From the human T2T-CHM13v2.0 reference genome, Homo sapiens, in contig CP068257.2 in assembly GCA_009914755.4 (NCBI GenBank), forward strand, positions 2,976,001 to 3,040,000: a stretch of DNA of 64,000 bases, in the 5' to 3' direction. Position numbers and translations under genes: made by a program. This document shows positions 52,912 to 64,000 of this stretch, in pieces. Numbering within the stretch: position 1 is the first letter of the stretch; the number at the start of each line of letters is the position of its first letter. Below the pieces are notes generated by a model that ran no database searches, had not been told where the DNA came from, and was given only the letters and a program-made list of their open reading frames with translations.

Positions 52912-55900
52912 TTTATTTATGTATTTATACTTTAAATTCTGGGATACATGTGCAGAATGTGCAGACTTGTTACATAGTTTTATATTTGCCATGGTGGTTT
53001 GCTGCATCTATCAAACTGTCAGCTAGGTTTTAAGCCCCACATATATTAGATATTTGTCCTAATGCTCTCCTTCACTTTGCCCCCTGACAAGCCCTGATGT
53101 GTGATGTTCCCCTCCCTGTGTCCATGTGTTTTCATTGTTCAAATTTCACTTATGAGTGAGAACATGTGGTGTTTGGTTTTCCGTTCCTGTTAGTTTGCTG
53201 AGAATGATGGCTTCCAGCTTCCTCCATATCCCTGCAATCTGAGGTCTCTGTTCTGTTCCATCGGTCTATATATCTGTTTTGGTACCAGTGTGACTTCCTC
53301 TCTTCCTATTTGCATACCCTTTATTTCTTTCACTTGCCTGATTACCCTGGCCAGAACTTCCAATACTATCTTGAATAGGAGTGCTGAGGGAGGACATCCT
53401 AGTCTTGTGCTGGTTTTCAAAGGGAATGCTTCCGGCACTTGCCTATTAAGTATGATATTGGCTAGGGGTTTGTCATAAACAGCTCTGATTATTTCGAGAC
53501 TTTTTCCGTCAATACGTAGTTTATTTAGAGGTTTTAACATGAAGCGATATTAAATTTAATCAAAGGCCTTTTGTGCATCTATTGAGAAAATCCTGTGGTT
53601 TCTGTCATTGGTTCTGTTTATGTGATGGATTACATTTATTAATTTGCATACGTTGAACCAGCCTTGAATCCCAGGGATGAAGCTGATGTGATCATGGTGG
53701 ATAACATTTTCGATGTGCTGCTGGTTTCAGTTTGCCAGTATTTTATTGAGGATTTTTACATCGATGTTCATCAGGGATATTGGCCTGAAATTTTTGTTGC
53801 GGTTGTGTCTTTGCGAGATTTTGGTATCAGAATGATGCTGACCTCATAAAATGAATTAGGGAGGAGTCCCTCCTTTTTAATTGTTTGGAATAGTTTAAGA
53901 AGAAATGTTACCAGCTGCTCTTTACGCTTCTGGTAAAATTCGGCTGTGAATCCATCTGGTTCTGAGCGTTTTTTTATTGGTAGGCTATTAATTACTGCCT
54001 CAATTTCAGAACTTGTTATTGGTCTACTCAGGGGTTCAACTTCTTCCTGGCTTAGTCTTGGGAAAGTGTATGTGTCCAGAAATGTATCCATTTCTTCTAT
54101 ATTTTCTAGTTTATTTGTGTGGAGATGTCTATAGTATTCTCTCATGGTAGTTTTTATTTCTGTGGAATCAGTGGTGATATCCTGTTTATCATTTTTTAAT
54201 GTGTCTATTTGATTCTTCTCTCTTTTCTTCTTTATTAATCTAGCTAGTGGTCCATCTCTTTTGTTAATCTTTTCAAAAAACCAGCTAGTGGAGTCATTGA
54301 TTTTGAACAGTTTTTCTTGTCTCTATCTCCTTCAGTTCTGCTCTGATCTTAGTTGTTTCTTTCCTTCAGCTAGTTTTTGAATTTGTTTCCTCTTGATTCT
54401 CTAGTTGTTTTAATTGTGATGTTAGGGTGTCGATTTCAGATCATTCCAGCTTTCTGTTGTGGGCATTTAGTGCTAGCATATCCCCTCTTAAAACTGCTTT
54501 AGCTGTGTCCAAGAGATTCTGGTACATTGTCTCTTTGTTCTCATTTGTTTCAAAAAAACTTAATTTCTCTCTTAATTTTGTCATTTACTCAGTAGTCGTT
54601 CAGGAGCAGGTTGCTCAATTTCCATGTATTTATGTGGTTTTTGGTGAGTTTCTTAATCCTGAGTTCTGATTTGGTTGCACTGTGGTCTGAGAGACAGTTT
54701 GTTATGGTTGCCATTCTTTTCCATTTGTTGAGGAGTGTTTTGCTTCCAATTATGTGGTCAATTTTAGAATATGTGCTACGTGGCATGGAGAAGAATGTAT
54801 ATTCTGTTCGTCTGGCATGGAGAGTTCTGTAGTTGTCTATTAGGTCCGCTTAGTCCAGAGCTGATTTCAAACCCTGAATATCCTTGTTAATTTTCTGTCT
54901 CATTGATCTGTCTAATATTGGCAGTGGGGTGTTAAAACTTCCCAGTGTTATTGTGTGGGAGTCTACGTCTCTTTATAGGTCTCTAAGAACTTGTTTTATG
55001 AATCTCAGTGCTCCTCTGTTGGGTAGGTATATATATAGGATAGTTAGCTCTTCTTGTTGCATTGATCCCTTAACCTTTATGTAGTGCCCTTCTTTGTCTT
55101 TTTTCATCTTGGTTTAAAGTCTGTTTTACAAGAAACTAGGATTGAAACCTTGCTTTTTTTTTTGTTGTTGTTGCTTTTTTTGCTTTCCATTTGCCATTTC
55201 TCCTTCCCTTTATTTTGAGCCTATGTGTGTCTTTGCATGTGAGATGTGTCTCCTGAATACAGCACACCAAAGAGTCTTGACTGTTTAACCAATTTGCCAG
55301 GCTCTGTCTCTTAATTGAGGTATTTAGCCCATTTATATTTATGGTTAATATTGTTGTGTGTGAATTTGATCCTGTTATCATGATGCTAGCTGGTTATTTT
55401 GCACATTCGTTGATGCAGTTTTTTCATAGTATCGATTGGTCTTTATATTTTGGTGTGGTTTTGCAGTGGTGAACCATATTTTCCTTTCCATATTTAGTGT
55501 TTCCTTCAGGAGCTTTTGTAAGGCATGCCTGGTGGTGACATAATCCCTCAGCATTTGCTTGTCTGTGAAGGACTTTATTTCCCCTTTGCTTTTGAAGATT
55601 AGTTTGGCTGGATATGAAATTCTGAGTTGAAAATTATTTTATTTAAAAATGTTGAATATTGGCCCCCACTCTCTTCTGGCTTGTAGAGTTTCTGCAAAGA
55701 GATCTGCTGTTAGTCTGATGGGCCTCCATTTGTAGGTAACCTGACTTCTCTCTCTGTCTGCCCTTAACATTATTTCCTTCATTTCAACCTTGGAGACTCT
55801 GGCGATTATGTGTCTTGGAGTTGCTCTTCTCGAGGAGCATCTTAGTGATGTTCTCTGTATTTTCTGAATTTGAATGTTGGCCTGTCTTGCTAGGTTGAGG

Positions 55901-57130
55901 AAGTTCTCCTGGATAATATCCTAAAGTTTGTTTTCTAGCTTGGATCCATTCTTCCTGTCACTTTGAGGTGTACCAATCAATCGTAGGTTTGGTCTTTTCA
56001 AATAGTCCCATATAACTTAAAGGCATTGTTTAGCTCCATCAGGCCATTTATGTTTCTCTCTAAGCTGGTTATTCTAGTTAGCAGTTCCCATAACCTTTTA
56101 TCAAGATACTTAGCTTCTTCGCATTGGGTTAGAACATGCTTCTTTAGCTCAGAGGAGTTTATTATTACCCACCTTCTGAAGCCTACTTCTGTCAATTCTT
56201 CAATCTCATTCTCCATCCAGTTTTGTGTCATTACTGGAGAGGTGTTGTGATCATTGGAGGAGAAAAGGCATTCTTGTTTCTGGAATTTTTGGCATTTTTG
56301 TGCCGGTTTTTCCTCATCTTCATGGATTTATCTACTTTCAATCTTTGGGGCTGATGACATTTGGATGGGGTTTTTTTTGGGGGGGTCCTTTCTGTTGATG
56401 TTGATGTTGTTGCTTTCTGCTTGTTAGTTTTTCTTCTAACAGCAAGGTTCTTCTGCAGGTCCAGTGCAGTTTGCTGGAGTTCCAATCCAGACCCTGTTCA
56501 CCTGGGTGTCACCAGTAAAGGCTGCAGAACAGCAAAGATTGCTGCCTTCTCCTTCTTCTGGAAACTTCATCCCAGGAGGATACCCGCCCAATGCCAAATG
56601 GAGCCCTTTTGTATGAGGTGTCTGTCAACCCCTGTTAGGAGGTTTCTCCCAGTCAGGAGTCACGGGGAACCCACTTGAGGAGACAGTCTCTTAGCAGAGC
56701 TGGTGCACTATGCTGGCAGAATCCCTCTAGTCAAAATCAGCTGCTCTCTTCAGAGCCGGCAGGTAGGAATGATGAAATCCACTGAAGCTGCACCCACAGC
56801 CTCCCCTTCCCCCATGTGCTCTGTCCCAGGGAGATGGAGGTTTTCTGTGTAAGCCTCTGACTAGGGCTGTTACCTTTCCTTCAAATATGCCCTGCCCAAT
56901 GAGGAGGACTCTAAAGAAGCAGTCTGCCACAGCCACTTTGCTGCACCCAACCCGGACCTTCCAGCCTCCTTGGCACTGTCAGGGGAAAACTGTCTACTAA
57001 AGCCTCAGTAATGGTGGACTCCACTCCCCCCAACTGAGCTCAGTTGGCCCAGGTCAACTTCAGACTGCTGTGCTGGCAGCGAGAATTTCAGGATGAGGAA
57101 CACATTAGCTGTTTGTGATTTTCATGTCTG
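52912..57130 (-). mobile_element. L1PA-type LINE-1 in minus orientation: 5' UTR, ORF1, ORF2 N-terminal half, then two internal deletions that remove most of the ORF2 3' half, and the 3' UTR.
   Basis: Minus-strand translations match ORF1 (..TQNWMENEIEELTEVGFRRWVIINSSELKKHVLTQCEEAKYLDKRLWELLTRITSLERNINGLMELNN..) and the ORF2 start (MITGSNSHTTILTININGLNTSIKRQSLANWLNSQDSLVCCIQETHLTCKDTHRLKIKG.), EN (..YSKIDHIIGSKTLLNKWKRMATITNCLSDHSATKSELRIKKLTKNHINTWKLSNLLLNDY) and RT (..[72 protein letters not shown].., ..[39 protein letters not shown]) segments. The RT segment is joined directly to ..[25 protein letters not shown].. and then to the terminal ..[17 protein letters not shown].. region. The 3' end is ..tgcagaatgtgcagacttgttacatag and the 5' UTR is L1PA-like. 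Confidence 0.88.
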
Positions 57131-57432
57131 TTGCAGGGATTTGACCCATTGTTAGTGCTAGATTTGGAGTCTTAAAAAACAGATTTATCTTACTGAACTC
57201 AAAGTACAACTTGAAGATGTACTCAGCTGTTTACTTAAATTGCAGCAGGAGAAAATGTATCTTTGCAGATCTATTTTTATGTCATTTGCTTTTAGAGACG
57301 AGATTGTCTCTGGCACAGTAATTCAACTTAGTCTATGTCAAAAACATAGCCTGAAAATGCTCAAAAAAAATTATGAATAGCGGATTGTATTCTATGTGTT
57401 TTCAAATTTCTTCTATGATGTAAAATATATAA

Positions 57433-57788
<356 letters not shown>

Positions 57789-60189
57789 CACTTTCCCAAA
57801 CTATTAAAAGACCTTCCAAGGTGGGTCAAAAGCATTTTTCAGAGGAGATTATTCCTAACAGTAAAGGATAATAACAGATGGATAAAAATCTCAAATAAAT
57901 TATGCCTCTATTTGCAGAAGTGTCACTCTCCAGAGTCTCCAAGATCCAGAGAATTTCCATGAGGTAGAGTAGTTTGTGGACATTTAGCAAAGTTGGTCCT
58001 GACTGCTGTCTCAGCCTCTTAATAGATGTGCAGCTATAGACAATTTACTGGACTTACAACAGTTATATAAACCTGGGCTGCAAGAAAACGCATAACACTG
58101 ATTGCAAGAATGGCAATCACTTCTCATTCCTCTCTGATCTGGGCCCTCTGCAATGTACACTTGAGGATGCTTCCATGGAGGGAAAGATTTTCTTTTCCCA
58201 AATCTTGGATCGGGCTGGCCTTATTTGCTCTGCCTCATTCATACTTTTTGTTCTAATAAAATAATTAAGATGTTTAGTGTCTCATCCCAGCCTTTATCTT
58301 GTTAAAACTATATCTTATAATATGTCATCTCTCTTTACTATATTTGGTTATATTCATTCTATTCAATACTCAGGTAATTTTTTATCTCTGTTTAATTTAG
58401 TGTTTCACCTATACCTTGTCCTAATTTTTTTATTCTTTACATTCTACCGAGCTGTGATTCAAATATGATATTTGAATATGGAAAATGGTGGCCTAGTTTT
58501 TCTTCAGAAATTTATTTTTATTTACTTGTGTTCTTTAGTTTTTAACTTGGTTCCAATATTTGGGAAATATCACATTTGAGATGTCTGTAGTCATGTTATT
58601 TCTGTGCTTATTCCATTTTCCCTTGGAGGAAGGTGGACAGCATACAGACTTGACATCCTTGTGATCTATCAGTATCTGAAGGGACCACTTTTTTTCAGTT
58701 TGATTACTTCTCTGGCTTATTCTCTTGATTTACTTTAGCTTTCATCAAGTGCTTATATATTTTTAAACTGTATTCATTATTTTCATAGTTCTTGTAGCTT
58801 CTTGAGAACTTTTACTTGTCTACACTAAAATATTTAAAAATATGTAGCCTTTTCTTCTGAAAGCACAAATATGCAGTGTACACATGAGTAGAATATTTCA
58901 TAGGCATTGGGCAGCATACAACCACATATTATGAGATATTCCGTTTCTTCATTCAAAACATCTCTCTCAAATATGTAGTAATAGTCACTTGTAAGGGGTA
59001 GTTCTTTTGATACTTAAAATTTTCTTTTATGTGCCTTTATGAAAATATATACTTAACTACAGAGAACAGAACTCTGTGCTTCCTTTTAGTATGTCCTTGG
59101 CCTCACAAAAATAATTCATGGAATCTTATATTTATTTTATAAATTAATTTAATGAAACAAAATTTGTGCATGGCTAAATATTACTTGTTGAGTACAATTT
59201 AGAATTTCTACTGTCATTTTAGTGTCCTAAAAGATATGACCTGTTGAATTTCTGCTCTCATGAAATGAATGATATTGTTAGGCCTAAACTCTTGCCATTT
59301 ATTTTCCCCCTCTGTCATACAGTGTGTATCTTTGGTTCACTGCTGAAAAATTTTATTAATTTTTCTCTCTTGCTAGTAGTCATACTTTCTAATAAAGTTA
59401 TTTATCATTACTTGTGTTTATTTAGTTACTGTATGTTAAACATTTGATTTCTGATGGTCTTAATGTCATTTAATATAATTGTAAATATTTCAATTTGTCA
59501 TTATTAACAAATTTCTGTATTATATATTTTAGAGTCAGCTATTAAGTATATGTGGGTAAATGACTTAGAATAATTTCTAAAACATTGTAGGGGCTACTAA
59601 GTACTAATAACCCTGATTCATTAAATTTTTATTCCTTATAATATTCTTTATTTACTAAATTATTTTGTAATCTTATTTAAATTTATTCTTTTCTTTTCTA
59701 AATATTTGTGAAAAAGGGGTTAGGCTAATGTGTCATTTTGATAAAACTTCATGTCAAATGATATGTTTCACTGGTTTCTTTTAGATGTAATAGCTTTTTT
59801 GACTCAGGCAATACATGCAAGTATGAAGTATAAAAATTATAGTCTCAATCCTTAAGCTGAGGAAAAACTTGGCTATTTATTGATTTTAACAAAGCTACAT
59901 TATCCCACGTAATACATAAAACTTTCACAAAGCTACATTATCCCACATAACAGGCATACCAGCTGCTTAGATCTGGAAACATGGATTGTTACAAATTAGA
60001 AGTAAATAACTTGATAGGCCCAATTTAACAAATGAAGCTCAAGAAGTGGAAGATATGAGACCTATAATGAAAGATTAAATTATTTTAAAAATCTTACCAC
60101 AAAGAAAAATGAGAGTCAAATACTTTAACTGTTAAATTATACAAAATATTTCATAAAAATACCAATCCTTTACAAATACACACCATACA

Positions 60190-60720
60190 TAGATAAGAGA
60201 TAAACAACCCCTAACTACTTTATGAGGCCAATATTACTATACCAAAGCCAGACAAACCCATCATGTGTTAGGATTAATATGGGTACATACGGCTGATAAA
60301 TAAAGACACATAATTCTCAAAAAGTACTAATAAGTTAAATACAGAAACACGTAAAAGTAATTATACACCATGGCCAAGTACAATCTTTTTACAAATGAAG
60401 TGGCTTAATATCTAAAAACCAATAATTTAATACACAACATTGATAAAGTGAAGAACATAAAATGATCCTTTTAATAGACACAGAAAAGCTTGTGATACAA
60501 ACAACACTGATTCATTATAAAATCCTTAACATACTAGGAAGGAAAAACTTACTGGAACTACTAAAAAAGATTCATGAAAATTTCCCACTAATATTACACT
60601 TGCTGATGAAAGACTAGGCTCTTTGCCTCACAGTTGTGGGAAACAGATAAGCATGGCTACTTTCGCTACTCTACTAAATTGAACTAAAGGTGTTAGGCAG
60701 AGAAATTATATAATAAAAAC
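60190..60720 (+). mobile_element. Old L1M ORF2 fragment (RT region), heavily decayed.
   Basis: Translation FYEANITIPKPDKPIMC.. ..NRHRKSL..TLADERLGSLPHSCGKQISMATFATLLN.TKGVRQRNYIIKT resembles L1 ORF2 FYEASITLIPKPDKD...[13 protein letters not shown].... Confidence 0.5.
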
Positions 60721-61046
60721 AAATAAAACTTCTAAATTTATAAAATAAACTTTTATTGTAAATGGCATCAACTTATATTCAAGAATTTTTAAAGAGTTTA
60801 CAAAAATCAACTGGAACTAATAAATGAGTTCAGCAGGTCACAAGATACAAGATAAATGCACAATATTAAATTGCACTTTTATACAGTAACTGGGGGCAAT
60901 CAGTAAATAAAATTAGAAAAAATAATTCTACTCATTAGCTCAATGTGTAGTGGCTTAAAATTCCAAATATGCATTATGTCTTATTTTCTGTTGGCTACAA
61001 ATACTGACACAGCTTAGTTGAATGGGTCTACCACAATGTCCTCATG

Positions 61047-62310
61047 TGTCCGGAATTGGTGGGTTCTTGGTCTCACTGACTTCAAGAATGAAGCCGCGGA
61101 CCCTCACGGTGAGTGTTACAGTTCTTAAAGGCAGCGTGCCTGGAGTTTTTCCCTTCTAATGTCAGCATGTGTTTGGAGTTTCTTTCTTCTGGTGGGTTCG
61201 TGGTCTTTCTGGCTCAGGAGTGAAGCTGCAGACCTTTGTGGTGAGTGTTACAGCTCATAAAGGCAGTGTGGACCCAAAGAGTGAGCAGCAGCAGGATTTA
61301 TTGCAAAGAGCAAAAGAACAAAGCTTCCACAGTGTGGATGGGGACCCGAGAGGGTTGCCACTGCTGGATCAGGCAGCTGCTTTTATTCTCTTATCTGGCC
61401 CCACCCACATCCTGCTGATTGGTCCATTTTACAGAGAGCCAATTGGTCTGTTTTACAGAGAGCTGATTGGTCCCTTTTCACAGGGTGCTGATTGATGCAT
61501 TTACAATCCTTGAGCTAGACACAAAAGTTCACCACGTCTCTACTAGATTAGCTAGATACAGAGTGTTGATTGGTGTATGTACAAACCCTGAGCTAGACAC
61601 AGGGTGCTGATTTGTGTGTTTATAAACCTTGAGCTAGATACAAAGTGTCGATTGGTGTATTTACAATCCCTTATCTAGACATAAATTTTCTCCAAGTCCC
61701 CACCAGACTCAGGAGCCCAGCTGGCTTCACCCAGTGGATCCCACACCAGGGCCGCAGGTGGAGCTGCCTGCCTGCCAGTCACACGCTGTGCTCCCGAACT
61801 CCTCAGCCCTTGGGTTGTTGATGGGACTGGGTGCCATGGAACAGGGGGTGGAGCTCGTTGGGGAGGCTCGGGCCGCACAGGAGCCCTTGGCCGGAGTGGG
61901 GGAGAGGCTCAGGCAAGGCGGGCTGCAGTTCCCGAGCCCTGCCCCGTGGGGAGGCAGCTAAGGCCTGGCGAGAAGTCGAGCACAGCAGCTGCTGGCCCAG
62001 GTGCTAAGCCCCTCACTGCCTGGGGCTGGCAGGGCCAGCTGGCCGCTCCAAGTGCGGGGCCACCAAGCCCACGCCCACCCGGAACTCGCGTTGGCCCGGA
62101 AGCACCGCGGGCAGCCTCGGTTCCTGCCCACTCCCCGCAAGATAAGGGAGCCGGCTCCGGCATTGGCCTGCTGAGAAAGGGGCTCCCACAGTGCAGCGGT
62201 GAGCTGAAGGGCTCCTCAAGCGCGGCCAGAGTGGGCCCCAAGGCTGAGGAGGCACCAAGAGTGAGCGAGGGCTGTGAGGGCTGCCAGCATGCTGTCACCT
62301 CTCACTCATG
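61047..62310 (+). mobile_element. Solo LTR12 (ERV9 LTR), including its U3 region of tandem ~37-41-bp repeats with CCAAT (as ATTGG), GATA and CCACC motifs.
   Basis: It starts tgtccggaattggtgggttcttggtctcactgacttcaagaatgaagccgcggaccctcacggtgagtgttacagttcttaaagg..ggtgggttcgtggtct..gtgagtgttacagctcataaaggcagtgtggacccaaagagtgagcagcagcaggatttattgcaaagagcaaaagaacaaagcttccacagtgtgg... Repeats follow (ctgattggtgtatttacaatccttgagctagacaca..), then ..ccaccagactcaggagcccagctggcttcacccagtggatcc.. and a GC-rich 3' part. The consensus was recalled from memory and not verified against a database. Confidence 0.75.
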
Positions 62311-63907
62311 AGACTGAAGCTGTGTCTCAACTGAAGCTTGACTGGGAAGGATGCACTTCTGAGCTCAATCTGGTTAGTTGTGCATTATTGTTTTGACTCA
62401 GTTCTTAGTTTCTTTCTGTCTTTGGTCAGGGCACTCTCTCCATTCTCTGTCACACAAGCCTGTAAAAATGAAAGCTTAAAACACTGAAGCTCGCTTCTCC
62501 AGAGCAAAGTATGCGACAGACAGAGAGAAAGACAGGAAAAAAGGAAGTAAACAATATCACAAGAGAGAGAAAGTAAGAAGCAAGTGACAATCTTTTCATA
62601 ATCAAATATTGGAAGTGACATTCCCTATTTTCCAATGTATTCTACTGCCATGAAGTGAGTCACTAACCACTTACTGTTTACATTTGGGTGTGTATAGTTG
62701 GAAATAAAAATTATTATGAGCCATCATGAAGGCTGTGCACTATGTATGCCAAGGTGAGACAAATGGGCCTGATTCTAAATATAACGAGAAGGTACTACAA
62801 TGTGTGTTGTTGTTATTGTTGTTGTTCTGGCCAAAGAATAACAACATCTAAATTTTATTCAATTTCAATGTTTTCATGGTGGAGTTTGAAAAATAAATTC
62901 AAGAGGGGACATGACTTTCTCAAGATTCAAGTTATAAAACCCAGGCATGTTTGAGAGATATTCAAGCAATGTCCCATCCCTTGTAGTTTCTTTCTCTAAG
63001 TTTATGCAGTAGCTGTGTTTAATATCAAACCCAACAGTCATGCGTATCATTTTATACATATCTCATGAGATCCCTTGCAGCTGGATGCCACCATAATCCC
63101 CACTGTGCAGGCTGTGAGACTATGGAGCCCCTGAGAGGCACAATGACATACTTGGCATCACAGAATTAATACATTAAACATAAAGACTTTAACTCAGCTT
63201 GTATCCTCAAACTTGCGGCTCTGGCTGCATTCCATTTCCTCCGGGACTGGTGCAGGAGGTGCTGTATTTGCATAATTGTGCACAAGTAATCAGATGACTT
63301 GGGAGAGAATGGTGAGCAGTCAGCAGTGCAGAAAAGCCTTTGAGTAGGTCTTATTGAAGGAAGATAGGTCTTATTGAAAGAAGAATAATACCTTCAAGAA
63401 GTGACCTCATTTCTTTGGTGAAAGGCCCTAACAGTACTAAGTATTCTGGTAACCAAAAACTCACATTCTAAAGACAGTCGACCATACAGCACTGTTGGCC
63501 AGAATCTCTCAAGAGAGAAAGATGTTCTGCTGTATAACAACTTTCTGAGGCTCTTTCTTTGAGGTTCTGTTCCTCACAAGTAGCACCTTCTAGCTATGTC
63601 TTCACACGACAGAAGGGGCATGAATATTCCTTTCAACCTCCGTCACACGGGCACTATTATTTTCTCGTTAACATGCAGCCCTCCTGACTTAATAACTTTC
63701 TCAAAGTTCCAATAACTAATAGTATCACACTGAATCCACGTGTGGATTAAGTTTTTAAATATGAATGTGGAGAGTGAGGAACACAAATATCCAGACCATA
63801 GCAAAAAGTTAATAAGCAATAACAATTGCAGTGGACAGTATTATTAATGCTTGGGATATGGGAATTTGATGTTTCTATCACAAAGGTTAAACAATGGTTT
63901 ATCCTTG

Positions 63908-64000
63908 GCCGGGCATGATGGCTCAAGCCTGTAATCCAAGCACTTTGGGATGTCAAGGCAGGCGGATCACAAGGTCAGGAGATCGAGACCATCCTGGCTA
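63908..64000 (+). mobile_element. Alu (plus), 5' part only, truncated by the window end.
   Basis: ggccgggcatgatggctcaagcctgtaatccaagcactttgggatgtcaaggcaggcggatcacaaggtcaggagatcgagaccatcctggcta. Confidence 0.95.

Noticed and set aside
61734-62311. Cluster of overlapping ORFs (75-129 aa) on both strands with Pro/Ala/Gly-rich translations.
   Set aside because: They lie entirely within the GC-rich 3' part of the LTR12 solo LTR and are composition artefacts.

Overview
This window is primate (almost certainly human) nuclear DNA, not prokaryotic. There are no CRISPR arrays, operons, rRNA or tRNA genes, and I found no intact protein-coding gene. Family names below come from memory of consensus sequences, not from a database search.

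The first ~12.6 kb is a tandem satellite of ~68-77 bp monomers. They look beta-satellite-like: each carries the ATTGTGACATATC...CAGCACCTAGGTGATGTGACTCTCCT...CTGCCCACAGGGG core. The array has a composite higher-order layout. Blocks of canonical monomers alternate with a recurring ~1-kb divergent block, and two monomer segments are inverted. A nested Alu-in-Alu insertion with a ~335-bp (GAAA)n tail interrupts it.

The rest of the window is a mosaic of repeats and pseudogenes:
- a degraded gamma-retrovirus-like ERV provirus at the satellite edge (two ~500-bp LTR-like copies flanking an env remnant with a CWLC motif), plus two more copies of the same LTR-like family elsewhere;
- a young L1PA-type ORF2 and 3' end, several old L1M fragments, and many Alus, two with clear target-site duplications;
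- a 5'-truncated KRT18 processed pseudogene, and a CTBP2 processed pseudogene with three in-frame stops and a poly(A) tail;
- a GC/CpG-rich ~138-bp tandem repeat (about 5.5 units) in which every unit carries two ZNF143/SBS-like motifs plus CCAAT and GC-box motifs, with the element ending in a poly(A) tract;
- an internally deleted L1PA in minus orientation, and a solo LTR12 (ERV9) LTR with its U3 ~40-bp CCAAT/GATA repeats.

The overall picture is a heterochromatin-adjacent region of the kind beta satellite occupies (acrocentric short arms, 1q12, 9q12, Yq, 4q35/10q26) that has accumulated retro-insertions. The most unusual items are the composite satellite architecture with its same-position inversions, and the ZNF143-motif tandem repeat with a retroposition signature.
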